Under the pieces are notes generated by a model. The model was not told where the DNA came from. It saw only the letters and a list, made by a program, of their open reading frames with translations, and did no database searches. Shown here piece by piece: positions 1 to 14,441 of a stretch of 64,000 bases of DNA. The translations under genes and the position numbers were made by a program. The number at the start of each line of letters is the position of its first letter. Position 1 is the first letter of the stretch. The stretch spans positions 950,392 through 1,014,391 of the forward strand of contig NW_014577069.1 of the NCBI RefSeq assembly GCF_000485595.1, in the 5' to 3' direction. Source of the DNA: Priapulus caudatus. Taxonomy: Eukaryota.

Positions 1-1810
1 CAGCACATACACACAGTACACACATATGCATCACATTACAACATACACACATACAACACATACACACATACACACATACACACATACACACACACTACAC
101 ACAACACACAGACACACAACACACAACACACAACACACAACACACACACCACACAAACACACAACACACACTATCACACACTACACACATACACACATAC
201 ACACAACACACAACACACATACACACATTTTTTTTAAACCCCCCCCCCCCACACATACACAACATACACACATACACACATTACACACATACAACACATA
301 CACACATACACACAATACACACTTACACACATACACACATACACACATACACACATACACACATACACACATACACACATACACACATACACACATACAC
401 ACATACACACATACACACATACACACATACACACATACACACATACACACGTACACACATACACACATACACACATACACACATACACACATACACACAT
501 ACACACATACACACATACACACATACACACATACACCGAACATACACACCATACACACATACCACACATGACACACATACACACATACACACATACACAC
601 ATACACACCATAGCACACATACACACATACACACATACACACATACACACATACACAATAACACACATACACACATTACACACATAACGACACATACACA
701 CCATGACACACATACACACATCTACACACATACACACATACACACATACACACATACACACATACCACATACACACATACACAACATCACACACATACAC
801 AATTACACACATACACACATACAACACATTAGCACACATACATCATATACATCACATTACACACATACACACATACACACATACACACATACACACATAC
901 ACACATACACACATACACACATACACACATACACACATACACACAAACACACATACACACATACACACATACACACATACACACATACACACATACACAC
1001 ATACACACATACACACATACACACATAACCCACACATTACACACATTACACACATACACACATACACACATACAGCACATACACACATACGACACATACA
1101 CACATAACAAATACACACATACACACTATACAACACCATATCACACATACACACATACACACATACACACATACACACATACACCACATACACACATACA
1201 CACATACACACATACACACATACACACATACACACATACACACATACACACATACACACATGACACACATCACACATTACACACATACACCATACACACA
1301 TACAGCACATACACACATACACACTACAACACAATACACACATTACACACATACACACATACACACATACACACATACACACATACACACAGTACACATA
1401 CAACACAATACACACATTACACTACATACACACATACACACATACACACATACCACATACACACATACACACATACAACACATACACACATACACACAAC
1501 ACACATTACACACATACACAATACCACATACACACATACACACATAACACACCTACACACTATACACACATACAACAACACACATACACACATACACACT
1601 ACGACACATTACACACTACACACATACACATACATACATACATACATACAACATACACACATACATTACATACACTACATACACTAATACATACATACAA
1701 CATAACATACATACAACATACATAATCATACATACACTACATACAACATACAACATACAACATACACTACATACATATACATACATAACATACAATTACA
1801 TAACTATACA
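1..1810. repeat. Degenerate (ACACACATAC)n / (CATA)n tandem repeat
   Basis: 10-mer ACACACATAC is visibly repeated; the HT/VC-rich ORFs are translations of it. Confidence 0.97.
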
Positions 1811-1812
1811 TA

Positions 1813-2828
1813 GGGAACCCGGGGCAAAGCGGAACACCGGGGAAGTCTGAATGTCTCAGCCAGATCTATGTTGATGCCGCCCATCTATCTGTGACTGCTT
1901 TTTCAGTCGAAGCTTTCGTTGATGATGCTCGTTTTTGATGGATGCCATTTGCATGAATCCAGCATATGTACATTTTTTTGGAGCGAAAAGTCTGTTTTTT
2001 ATCGTTGTTTAAACGATATTCTAAAACCATCGAACATTGCCTTAAATCACGTGTGATCTTGTATGGAATTCTTATGTACGTGCTATTTTGTTGAATCTAA
2101 GGCCTATGTGTGCCATCATGCATGATGAACTTCTTTGCGTAGTACTGCCTGCACAGCGTAACGCCACCAGTGTCTAGAAACTATCTGTGTTCGGCGGCAA
2201 AGTGGATGCGGCGCAAAGTGGAAGCAGGGTTCCAATTTGCCCCGCCATATTGATAGGCTAAATGTATATCATTATTATCAGATTATTTCTTATGATCGTT
2301 AATTATACTCACCCCCCCCCCCCCCCCCCCCCTCAGTAGCAGGTAGGCCCTATGTCTGTCTTTGCATCATTTTAACACCTTAAACTCGTAAAACCTACAT
2401 GGCTAACTGTGTCTTCCTAGACTCTACATTATTGTATAAGCGTCCTATAGTGCATGTGTTCTTTCATAGTTTTAGGCAAAATGTTAACGCAACTATGAAT
2501 TTGATGTTCAGAGAGTAGACCACTGAAGAAGGACGCAAACCATTTTTTGACCCACAAATACATGGAGTAAAAGACAATTCCAGCTTGCCCCATAACAGGT
2601 TTCACTGTGCCCCGCCGGGAGTCTGGGGCCAAAATGAATATTTATAAATTTATAATTTTGTATATTTCAATAAAGGTCGTTTTTTAAATTAACTTTGCTT
2701 TGCTACCGCCTGTTAGTTATTGCCTAATGCACGCTAAAAGATTAGAGCAAACATTTCACTTTGTCTCGCTCCTTTCACAGCGTTTTAGCCAACCAAATTT
2801 CTTTGGTCCACCTTTTGCCCGGGTTCCC
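1813..2828 (+). mobile_element. Non-autonomous TIR element (MITE), Tc1/mariner-pogo-like, ~1.0 kb
   Basis: TIRs GGGAACCCGGGGCAAAG at 1813 and CTTTTGCCCGGGTTCCC ending 2828, with TA on the left. A second, inverted copy lies at ~51487-52433. Superfamily is inferred from the TA flank only. Confidence 0.8.
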
Positions 2829-2829
2829 C

Positions 2830-2924
2830 ACATACATACATACACACAGACGCACCATACGCACGCACGCACGCACGCACGCGCCACGCATTGCGCGCCA
2901 CCGCACGCACCGAACGCACACACG

Positions 2925-3000
<76 letters not shown>

Positions 3001-3013
3001 CCCTCCCCCCACA

Positions 3014-3090
<77 letters not shown>

Positions 3091-3130
3091 CCCCCCCCCA
3101 CACACACACACACATGCACACACGCGTGCG
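2830..3130. repeat. (CA)n / (CACG)n microsatellite
   Basis: Direct reading. Confidence 0.95.
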
Positions 3131-3446
3131 CGTGGGTTATGTATCGGTCAAATATGGTCATGCACCCGCATCTCTCTATTTCAAATAAATTCAATTGGCA
3201 GGCGCTAATCACGTGAATCAATTCACAATACGTATACATGGGGTGTATACGAACTATGTACCACTATATATTCTGCGTAGGATAAACTATCGGCGTATAT
3301 ATTTCGAATAGTGTGTGACGCGCCGGAAATGAAACACCGTGTATGGAATGAATGAGGAACATGACGCATTAGAGAATATGTCCAATAGACGTTTGCTGTC
3401 CATGTGCTCGAAACCGATATACGCGAACAAATTTGTTCGCGGGTAT

Positions 3447-3526
3447 AACGAGGGTATAACGCTAGTCTCTGTCTACATGGGTCTTTAAAGACCCATGTAG
3501 ACAGAGACTGGCGTTATACCCTCGTT
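3447..3526. repeat. 80-bp near-perfect spacerless palindrome
   Basis: 40-bp arms AACGAGGGTATAACGCTAGTCTCTGTCTACATGGGTCTTT / AAAGACCCATGTAGACAGAGACTGGCGTTATACCCTCGTT, one mismatch. Confidence 0.95.
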
Positions 3527-5366
3527 TCTCCTAACGATGTACGTGAAGAGATATTCGCATAAGTCAACATGACGCTGGGTAGAAATCTACCGAGTTTCAA
3601 TTATGAATGTATAGAAAGTGTAAGCGAATACGGCATTAAATGAATTTGCCAACATCTATTTATTTTAAATCGATGTCACGTTTCTTGCAAGCGTATTTCG
3701 GTTAAGCTAACTAGTTATTCGCGCTGTCCGTCAATATGTTGAAATTCATACTTACTTTAATCAATTCCTGCCGACATAATGAAGTGCAAACGCTCAGATT
3801 CAATATAAATCACGTAATCATAGCGCTTACCGCCTCTCACTTTACTGCATATATACCCACAATTTATTTTGCTAGTTGAAATAATTAACTTTTCCATCTC
3901 GTAACCCGTTGAGAATCAGTAACACGCTTAGACAATAATTACTCCCATTTTCAAGCGCCGAATCATTTAATTAATCTATCGCAATTAATCTAAACTTAAC
4001 ATCTGCGATTTTCTTCGGTAATTATTCAATAAGACAGCTGGATATCGTCAGCGAAACATTCCTTGGTATAAACTTGAGCTCTCGCCGCGCGCGAAAAAAA
4101 ATTGCGAGCAAAAAGCAGACTACGGGGCGACGGGCAGATGAATTTCTACAACCAACATGGTGCCATACTGTAGGCACCTGTTACCGGGGTATTTTAGTAT
4201 GTGTTTCTGTATAAACCGGCGGAATTTGATCATAAAGCGAAATCCGATGCGACTCGGTGGCGCTTGAGCTGCCAAACAAACCTGATGGGCAAAAAGCTGC
4301 ATGGAGATGTTCAGCTGTGTGTTCATTGAGGTAGTTTTCCCCGCCGAACAGTTCCTATCGCCCACAGTTACTAGTATAGAGCAAGTCCCTGCCTGTGCCA
4401 AGACGCTAGGCTAGCTCATACAAGGCGGAGCGCGCATCGAATTAACTGATAATTAATCGTGTGAAGAAAGAGCTTAATTTCGATCTTTGCCTTTCTGGAG
4501 CGAATTAGCTGTTAATCGTCATATAGCTCAATTATTGCGCTCTGTTCTAAATACAGCGATCGCAAACATGTTAGAAGTTGTGTCGCAATAAAAAGATCGT
4601 CTTCCCTTCTTCACATATCACAGAGCGCGACGAGACCTATATAGGCCGCCATCTTTGCGGAATACGTTACTGAATTCGAAGCACGTAAGTTTGTTATACT
4701 AATGAATAAATGGTGCCAGTGGAATATCCGAGTAGAATTACTGCCCGATGCAATGCTGATCGAGCGAGGATTTCTTAGCCAACATAGCAACTATAACTTG
4801 ACAGAAATCGGTGCTCGAAATCGGCAATGTACATTCTACCCAATACTCAAGCAGCTAATAAACAATAAAGGAGAACATCAGAGATAAAGGAGCGATGGAT
4901 AAATTCATGTCAAAAAGCAATTATAGAAGAATGATGCTGTACCAAAACACTTACTTGTTGTATAACACAAGATCAGGAATCCATATCAACTGCGAGGGAA
5001 TGTGTAGCCTATCTACTCCGCCGTAGTCCGTTGGGTCCCATTTGAGCTTATTATCCACCCATTTCTAAAGGAAACCCGTGGTTATTTCATATTGCTCACA
5101 ATACAACCACACCACCTCATAATTTATGCATCAAGCGTAGAGCCGCTAACGATTTGGGTATTCGGCACTGAATAGCTGAGCCACGCAGACATGACAAAGA
5201 CACTGTACAGTTACGACACGGAGACATGATGGCGATATTCCGTAATATTTCAATAAGCTTCAAGAAAAATGGCGCTTTTGTAATTACGACTGTTCTCGAT
5301 TATTTCTCTTTTAGAATTTGTGCTTAACTGAGATATAACTTTAATTTTTCATCACGGTACATTACA

Positions 5367-5401
<35 letters not shown>

Positions 5402-5707
5402 TATATATATTTATTTATTTATTTATTTATATATATATATATATAATCTTACCTGTTTTAGCCATACAACCGTTGTCATAATCTGATTCTTTTCGTCCTG
5501 AAATTAATTAAAGGAAAAACTTTGTTAATTGTTATTATTAATTATTATATAAAAACAAATATATGTTTGGGGTAATCGAGTTTAATTTTGTGTGTACAAA
5601 CAATAACATAATAGGAAAGCACATAGTAACATCGTTTGCAATGTTGTACGTGTATGCAATAACATTTATATAATATCACTTTCATATTCGATTATCAATA
5701 TCAATAT

Positions 5708-5747
<40 letters not shown>

Positions 5748-5770
5748 GTGTGTGTGCGTTCGTGCGTGTG

Positions 5771-5821
<51 letters not shown>

Positions 5822-7960
5822 CTATTGTATGCAATTGATCTTATTCATAAGTGTCGATTTGTTCAGCATTCTCATTTATCGGTAACCGTTGATAATGCTG
5901 CTAGCGTAGCTTCGGGACGATTCTACAGCTGCTTGAGTTAAACCGTAAGCGCTTTGCGACAATATGGCAACGGTAAACCGTAACTACTCTATTCGTGCTT
6001 CAACTCTCTTAGGCAGTGTGCTCCTGAAATTCAAATGGAGAACAGCACATGCGCACTTCCACAATTTCCACATCATCCTAGGGCATGTTAAATTAAGGGA
6101 TTGCATTCGGGATCTGAGCCGTTGTTGACAGATTCTTTACACGAGATTTGCATTGATGAAACCTATTTTGATCGTGTGCAGGAATAGGCAATATGGCGGA
6201 CAAGAATTTTTGTTTGTGTCATCGTGTATCATCATTGCAATATCGGAAAAGGAGTTATTTTAATATTTAAAAAAATAGAAAATTGTTAACAACAGGGTTG
6301 TCTATTTTATCACGTCATGATTGAAACAAACCCCACACGATCGAAATGAGTGTTTGCTGTATCTTTTCAACGCTTGGACCTTCCGTAACAAATTAATTAT
6401 ACTTTTTATCAGTGATATTATAGACTGGTTAGTTCCGTGCTAATTTGATGCGCCAACGACTTTTGTACAAACCTTGCAGAATATGGAACAATAGGCTGTT
6501 GGTTTCCAAAAGGCATGGCGTAGCCTTTATGCGACGTTTAGCTTTTGAATAGGGGGGGGGGGCTATATTCCATAACTGGAACGTTTTGCTAGCACTGCGA
6601 TGTCTGAAATATCATGTAACAAATTCTTGTTGAAATTAAAACATTTTACTTGCAGTGACAATTTTTATCTAGATAACCTAACGCAAAAACGCAGAAGGTA
6701 TATATAATTAGATTCGTGGCCATTTTTGGCGTGTTATAAATCGCATTTGTTTCACGTTCGTTCTTATGAGTGAGTAGCAATGTTCTCATGCCCAGTTAAA
6801 ATCTCATGGTAATTGGGTTTATGGATTTGCTGGATCAATTTCATTATACACTTGTACATCGGTCGTTGTTCAGCACAACGCCGTTGAATCCGTACAGCAA
6901 TAGAACACGATTCACCTCCAATAAATCTATAGCAAGCGGTTTTCAATACTTTACAGTTGCTTTTACATTATTTTTCCCGCCCATGAACCAATATTTTAAC
7001 GAACGTGTATCGTATCATTTTACCTCGAAATCGTTTCGCAGAACTTGAATAACTTACCGAAAATCCAGTTTTCTTAGTGAGATCGAAATTTACTGTCCAA
7101 TTTTCTCGACTATTTGTACTTGCGACATGTTTTTATTTGTTCTCGCAATTTCTAACCGAATTTCTAGAAGACGCCTTTGTTCACTTTAGTGCTTGCAGAA
7201 GCTTTCATGTAGTTGGTGTGAAGCATAGAATGTTTGAGGAGGTGTAGACGTAGATGATGTAGCCGCTGTGCTGAGTATGCAGCCTTTACAGCACTCGCAC
7301 TCTACAGTTCACCTCGGTGACAGGTTACTGACCGCAAGCAATGCGTTTAAACAGTAGCCTGTTATTTTGTGATTTGACCGTTAAAAGGCAGATTGTAAAG
7401 CAGCAAACATCCAACGTACGTCCTTTAGGCATATCTAATATTAGAAATGCCGCTTAAAACGCATGCATTATCGAAGACGTTTTAGCGCATTTAGATTGTA
7501 AACTGATAACACCGCTAACTTATTCTGCTGTTAGCGGTTTTATAGAGTGAATGCCCCCGCCGCTTCCATTCGTACTGGCTGGTGAATTCTCAACAGGAAG
7601 ATGACGACCACGGTTCACGTGGCGCTCTTGTTTATTCGATTTATCCGCAGGGAGGCGGATGCGTTTGCATCGTAAGTATACTCGTGGTTGGGTCGAGCTG
7701 ACCGCTGAGTGTGCATGCCCTCACGGGTCATGGTCGCTACTACAAAGACAAATCACCCGGCTTGGTTGTTTGGACACACTCGATTATTCCATGTAGGCGG
7801 TGCAATCAAAGACACGCGAGACTACATTGAACAGTTCGCCTCATCCACATGTCTATATATATTTGCCTCGGGAAATAAGACGGTGTGATTGGAATGGGGA
7901 ATAGCTACAGCGTGACAAAACGCCTTCGCCAGACCTTCCATGCGATATATAACGAATAAT

Positions 7961-8275
7961 TACGGGGCGCCATGCAGGACAGGGCTCAATTTTGTCTAAC
8001 AAAACTCAATTCTGTCTCACAAAACTCACTTTTGTGCACACAACTCAATTCTGTCTCACAAAAGTCAATTTTGTGAACACAAAACTCAATTCTGTCAATC
8101 CTGTCCCACAAAACTCAATTTTGTGAACACAAAACTCAATTTTGTGAACACAAAACTCAATTTTGTGAACACAAAACTCAATTTTGTGAACACANNNNNN
8201 NNNNNNNNNNNNNNCAAAACTCATTTTTGTCAAGTTTATAGGTACAAAAATGCCTGTCCTGCATGGCGCCCCGTA
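7961..8275. mobile_element. MITE with 23-bp TIR and internal 21-bp minisatellite
   Basis: TIR TACGGGGCGCCATGCAGGACAGG and its exact reverse complement ending 8275. ATAAT lies on both sides. Interior is (CACAAAACTCAATTTTGTGAA)n with a small N gap. Confidence 0.85.
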
Positions 8276-9549
8276 ATAATCGTCTTGGACCAACGTAGTA
8301 TATAGGTTTGTACGTCATGACACGAATCGACAACCGAAAGGCTGATACATTCTTTCGTGACTAGGGCCAGTTATGATTCTTATCAGACGCCGGATATCAA
8401 ATCATTATAATTAATAAGATGACGCTAGAATAATACTGGTGTCTACCTAAATGCATGCCTGTTATATATTCTCATAACGGCGCATTTCACAGCAAAACTG
8501 TTTATTAACAATGCTCACTATGATTTGTGTAAAGTTACACTTATTTACTTCATACGATCCGCAACTACAAATGCTGGATAAAATATATTATATATAATAT
8601 ATATATAAACCCAAGATGCTGGATGAACAACATAATCAGGGGTCACGTGAGTTGGTGATTTAGCTACCTTACAATATTATAAAATCGGTAGTACGAGTCT
8701 CTTTCCTTTATAAGCGATAATTGCCTTTTAATAAACACATGTCAGCGGTTAGTTATATATATCACAAGTTAATTACATTTTTACTAGTATAGGTATAGTA
8801 CATACCTATATATATATATTATATAGTTACAAGTATAAAATTGCATAGATAAAGAATCCAAAAAATTGTTGGAATGAACAGATCAGCACTGTTTTTCCGA
8901 CCCCTACATTTAAGCATGACAACCTTCGTAAAGTGATTGTATCGCTGTTACGATAAGGCAGTTATAGTTACGTTAGTTATCCTAACAACTATATATCATT
9001 GGGGTTTTCTAACTAACTACTTTAATATACTAGATTCATATCAGCAACAAACCCCGATCTGTCAAGATTAGAATAGCCGGTTACAAAAATATATGTATAA
9101 CAATACAAGTATTCTTGCTATCCGACGCCCGGATTAAGTTGTGTTCTATAACGGATAGGCACCATTGAGAGCATATTATTCGCTTGCGCATCCAATACGA
9201 CCGCCAATACGTGCGCACACACACGCACGCACGCACGCACACACACACGCGCACGAATACACACGCACGCACACACACACGCACACGAATACACACGCAC
9301 GCACGTGTGCACGCATAGAACATCGTATCCTTATCCTGCAAGTAATGTGTCACCTTGCAATTTGTCTAGTCACATGCCGACACAACACACGACTAAATTC
9401 TTAAACAATACGTTGGGATTTTAGGAACTTAAAACAATAAATAAATGTCACTGTAGTGAACCTAATAATCGAAACGCGATCCACGATAGCTTTATCCATA
9501 TAACTATGATAACTATATAACTATATTGTAACTATTATAACTAATAAAA

Positions 9550-10506
9550 NNNNNNNNNNNNNNNNNNNNNNNNNNNNNNNNNNNNNNNNNNNNNNNNNNN
9601 NNNNNNNNNNNNNNNNNNNNNNNNNNNNNNNNNNNNNNNNNNNNNNNNNNNNNNNNNNNNNNNNNNNNNNNNNNNNNNNNNNNNNNNNNNNNNNNNNNNN
9701 NNNNNNNNNNNNNNNNNNNNNNNNNNNNNNNNNNNNNNNNNNNNNNNNNNNNNNNNNNNNNNNNNNNNNNNNNNNNNNNNNNNNNNNNNNNNNNNNNNNN
9801 NNNNNNNNNNNNNNNNNNNNNNNNNNNNNNNNNNNNNNNNNNNNNNNNNNNNNNNNNNNNNNNNNNNNNNNNNNNNNNNNNNNNNNNNNNNNNNNNNNNN
9901 NNNNNNNNNNNNNNNNNNNNNNNNNNNNNNNNNNNNNNNNNNNNNNNNNNNNNNNNNNNNNNNNNNNNNNNNNNNNNNNNNNNNNNNNNNNNNNNNNNNN
10001 NNNNNNNNNNNNNNNNNNNNNNNNNNNNNNNNNNNNNNNNNNNNNNNNNNNNNNNNNNNNNNNNNNNNNNNNNNNNNNNNNNNNNNNNNNNNNNNNNNNN
10101 NNNNNNNNNNNNNNNNNNNNNNNNNNNNNNNNNNNNNNNNNNNNNNNNNNNNNNNNNNNNNNNNNNNNNNNNNNNNNNNNNNNNNNNNNNNNNNNNNNNN
10201 NNNNNNNNNNNNNNNNNNNNNNNNNNNNNNNNNNNNNNNNNNNNNNNNNNNNNNNNNNNNNNNNNNNNNNNNNNNNNNNNNNNNNNNNNNNNNNNNNNNN
10301 NNNNNNNNNNNNNNNNNNNNNNNNNNNNNNNNNNNNNNNNNNNNNNNNNNNNNNNNNNNNNNNNNNNNNNNNNNNNNNNNNNNNNNNNNNNNNNNNNNNN
10401 NNNNNNNNNNNNNNNNNNNNNNNNNNNNNNNNNNNNNNNNNNNNNNNNNNNNNNNNNNNNNNNNNNNNNNNNNNNNNNNNNNNNNNNNNNNNNNNNNNNN
10501 NNNNNN
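9550..10506. other. Assembly gap (N run)
   Basis: Ns. Confidence 1.
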
Positions 10507-11682
10507 ATAACGCGCGAGTCCGCAGACAAGATTCCTCCTTCTTTCTCCGACGCCAACCTGCGCCAAATCGGATTGCGATGAGCATATTATTGTGAAGTAG
10601 CGCGGGTCAATTGACCAGAAATCAGGGCTGTTGAGTGCGGAGAGCGAGCTTCACCGTTGTTAGTATTCAGCCTGCAGTACAGTATATATTATTCATATGC
10701 CGATACGATAACGCTTTCGGTACGACGGCACTAATGATACTAAATAGTACTATTAATAGTATTATTACAATAATACTAATAATAGTATTATTTAGTATCA
10801 TTATTGCCACCATTAAATACTATTCTTAGTACTATTTGTTAGTCCTATATTTTTAGCGTGGTTTATATTAGAGTTATTTGGATCTATTGTTCTTCGAGAG
10901 TCATTGTACATAACATAATATTACGGGCAATTTCGTAAATGACCACATGTAATAGAGTTACGCAACGAATTTATAGTTTTGCTTTGATCTATTAGCTATG
11001 ATCGACGTTTGCGACGTTGATAGTCTGTGTAAAATAATTGATTTTATTCGGGAATCAAACTGTGACCAATCTTTCGTCCGTTTTTCGTAAATATTAAGTT
11101 AATGTCAGAGAAGTCCGCGCAGCGCTTGTCCTGACTTTCCATATAGACCGGGGAATCAAATGCCCATACATATAATGATACTAGTGATATATTTCCACTT
11201 GCTTGATTGTCCCACAATTAGAATTGTATGTTTATTTTGCACGATTCGTATGCATATATGGACCTTCGACCCACGCTATCTAAAATCCATAACTAAACGA
11301 TATTTCCCTGAACAATTATTAATGAAGCAGTTGGGTGTTCATATACATTAATGTGTGTAGCGTACGTTTACTGCTTTATCATAACCGCCTCATACCAAGG
11401 CACACTATACTCACCAGATTTAGAATTTGTGTCAGCTTAAGGCCCAGTTGGACGTTGAGTGTTTCATTGTGCCGCGGGACTGGCCGCGTGAGGCTGTCGT
11501 AATGTGCGAACAGGTCGTCATAGAGACGTTTGGCATCCGGATTGGCATCGCATCCTGAAAATATAGAGGGGAAAATTCATAAGTACCTCACGGCAAATGT
11601 GCGTAATTGTATATGCGCATGTATAATATATATATTATATACATATAATATTGTATATATGTATATATATATGTATATATAT

Positions 11683-11723
11683 CAGGAGTTAATAATGACA
11701 AAATTTGTCATTATTAACTCCTG
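11683..11723. mobile_element. 41-bp CA..TG palindromic mini-element (putative P-type excision footprint)
   Basis: CAGGAGTTAATAATGACA-AAATT-TGTCATTATTAACTCCTG in an AT-rich tract. Arms nearly identical to 48631-48668. TSD imperfect here. Confidence 0.7.
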
Positions 11724-14441
11724 ATATTATATATAACTTCAGACAAAGAACAGTGACATGGACACTTGGACACACATGGAAACACATGAACACACATGGC
11801 TACTGGAATAGTGGCATGGGCAAAGAATAGTGGCTTTGATGAAAAGTTCCACTATTGATGCTCGAAATACTAAACTTGTTAGTCTAGCATATGTTCAATG
11901 ACCTCGTTGATAGATTAAAAAAACCATCACCGTATTTAGAAAACGTGTTCTTGTCTGAAAATGTACTGCATTTTAAGCTCTCCAGTCATTATATTGTCTG
12001 TTTTTAAGGCAGAATCGTCGTTCGTAATTTAATAGGAGTAATGTTCAAATACATTCAATACCGGTCATATAATCCCTTGTCTATGTTTCTCAATTCTATC
12101 TGCTTTCTACGTTGTTTTTTTTTTATAAAAGGCAGAAACGCATGCACCGGAAACAAATAGTTCAGAATGTTAAACTACGCGTTAGGTATAAATATCTTTT
12201 TGATAAATTTAATTTTATGAATATCAAAATAAAAGTGATGGAGGAGACTGTTGAAATTCCCAGAAGCATATGGCGTAGACATACAACACTCGCTCTAATT
12301 ACTCGTAACGCGCGCCGCACAAACGCTAGCGGCGATTCGTCACCAGAAAAATCTTTACCGTCCTATCGCTAATTATTTCCGTCTGTATCTTTACATCACA
12401 TCCGCGCCTTTCGACCCCTTCCGCCGCACTATTGACGTTCTGCTTACATAACGGGCGCAGACAGGAGAAAACTTTCGGGGCCGGGTCAATTATCTCTCTA
12501 CGGCAAAAAACGCGCGAGTCCGCAGACAAGATTCCTCCTTCTTTCTCCGACGCCAACCTGCGCCAAATCGGATTGCGNNNNNNNNNNGATGGATGGATGG
12601 ATGGATGGATGAATTGACGGACGGACGAACGGATGGACGGACGGATGGAGCACAAGTTATCCAATTTATCACATTGGCTATGCACCAGCGTAACCTCGCT
12701 AGACACACTGCCCTCTGCGTGCATTGTTTCATCTCTATTCTCGCCTCTAGATTCCACATTCTTCTCTACTCTACCAGGAACTCTCCCCCTTCCTCTTCTA
12801 CCTCAACGAATGAAATTATCTGGCTCCCACGCGTCATTTAACTCCTTCCGCTTTCCCGACTTCTACCTCCTCCCATTCCCTAACTTCCGAGACCGTGTCA
12901 TTTTCATAATCAGCCTTCTTCCCTTCTCTATCTGTTATACCCCGCTTCGCCTACTTCCGTCATAACATTCGTTTATAATTTGCGAGTATAATATGTACTG
13001 CATAAAACTTGAATATGCCTAGATATTTTCACTATCAGACCATCGCATATATTACTGAAATCAAAAACACACAAACCAATAACAGCAATACAGTAGTGTA
13101 ACAGTGTACCCGTACAAAAGCATAATAGTAATAAACAGGGCAACTATAACGTAAACTATAAACATTTAAACGTTTTCTTCTTGCTGCTATTTAACGAAAT
13201 TGAACCTATTAGACGTTTTAATAGACCATTTAGACGTTTTAACCTCGTTCTCTGATTCCTCGCTATTACGTTTTTGACTGTCAAAATGTATGTTTATTAT
13301 ATTAAGATCCTGGCAAATTCAAACTGAAACTAATGGTGAAATCTAAGATCTTGTTTATTAAATTAATAAATAAGAATTGCTCTCGGTCTGTTTGCCTCCA
13401 GCTAAAAATCTGCTTAATCGCCATTTTTGTTAGGAGCAATTCATTGAGTGGCGCCTCCGGCGTAGTGACAAAACGTCACGATCAGTCAAAGTCAAATTCG
13501 TCATAGGTTTGAAGGATTTCAACAATATTATGAGTGAATATAAAACCATAAGCGTAGCATAAGCGCAACACATTAGTAATAACGGGCCCAGGTTTCTTAC
13601 TCGGCCTTGAGTTCTAGGCTTGGCAAGAGACGTCACAGATACCACTAAAAATCATACTTATAGTTACTAGCGTATGGTGTTCTTCATCGTGCAATGCTAT
13701 GCCGGATATTTCACCTATCTCCCTCGCTCGTCGAATAATGCTATACCTGGTATGAGAATATTCTAAACAGGTTTACTTCGATCGATCGATCCATACAAGT
13801 AAGTGTCTATCGATGTAGTGGGACTACATGAACAAAATGTCGGATGTGGCGTCTGTTAGTCTTTGGGGTCTAAGTGATTAGCGCACTTTTTGGATTCTTG
13901 CCTACATTAAACTTATGGCACCTAAGTTGTGTGTCTCCAATACTATGTATATCTACATTCACCATTTGAAGAGCACGTGCGCAACTCGGTCATACAGTTC
14001 AACAAAACTCATATTTTCGTCATGGCTAAAATACTTAACGATTTGGCAGACCGACATTGTCTCAAATCACATAGGAACGCAGCAGGAGGCACTAAAATAC
14101 GTAGGCCTAAAAATATGTAGTTGCGTCTTTTTTTTGTTTTTCGCTCTCGATTTCGTGATTAATAGAATCAAACTAGACAGTAATCATACAGTGATTAGTA
14201 TCTATAGCGATGTGTAGTAGAACCACACAGATTATCCGTACCCTATAGGTATATATTAGTGCTAGTAATAAATGCTGCAGTTTAATTTTCACTGTTTTTT
14301 TTAATAATGTCCTTCATTTCCAGAAACACATCTGTACATTACATTATATTATACGTTATACAGAATATCTACAACACTGTGATGCTAACATAGTTCAGTG
14401 ATGGTACAAACAGGTAAATGGCATAAACAGTTTTACAAAGG

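Noticed and set aside
1..3239. Long His/Thr- and Cys/Val-rich ORFs
   Set aside because: Translations of CA-rich tandem repeats, open in many frames on both strands
7985..8230. 21-bp palindromic repeats as CRISPR or iterons
   Set aside because: No spacers; enclosed in MITE TIRs
9513..10585. 340-350 aa ORFs (also 45976-47144)
   Set aside because: Artefacts of N gaps
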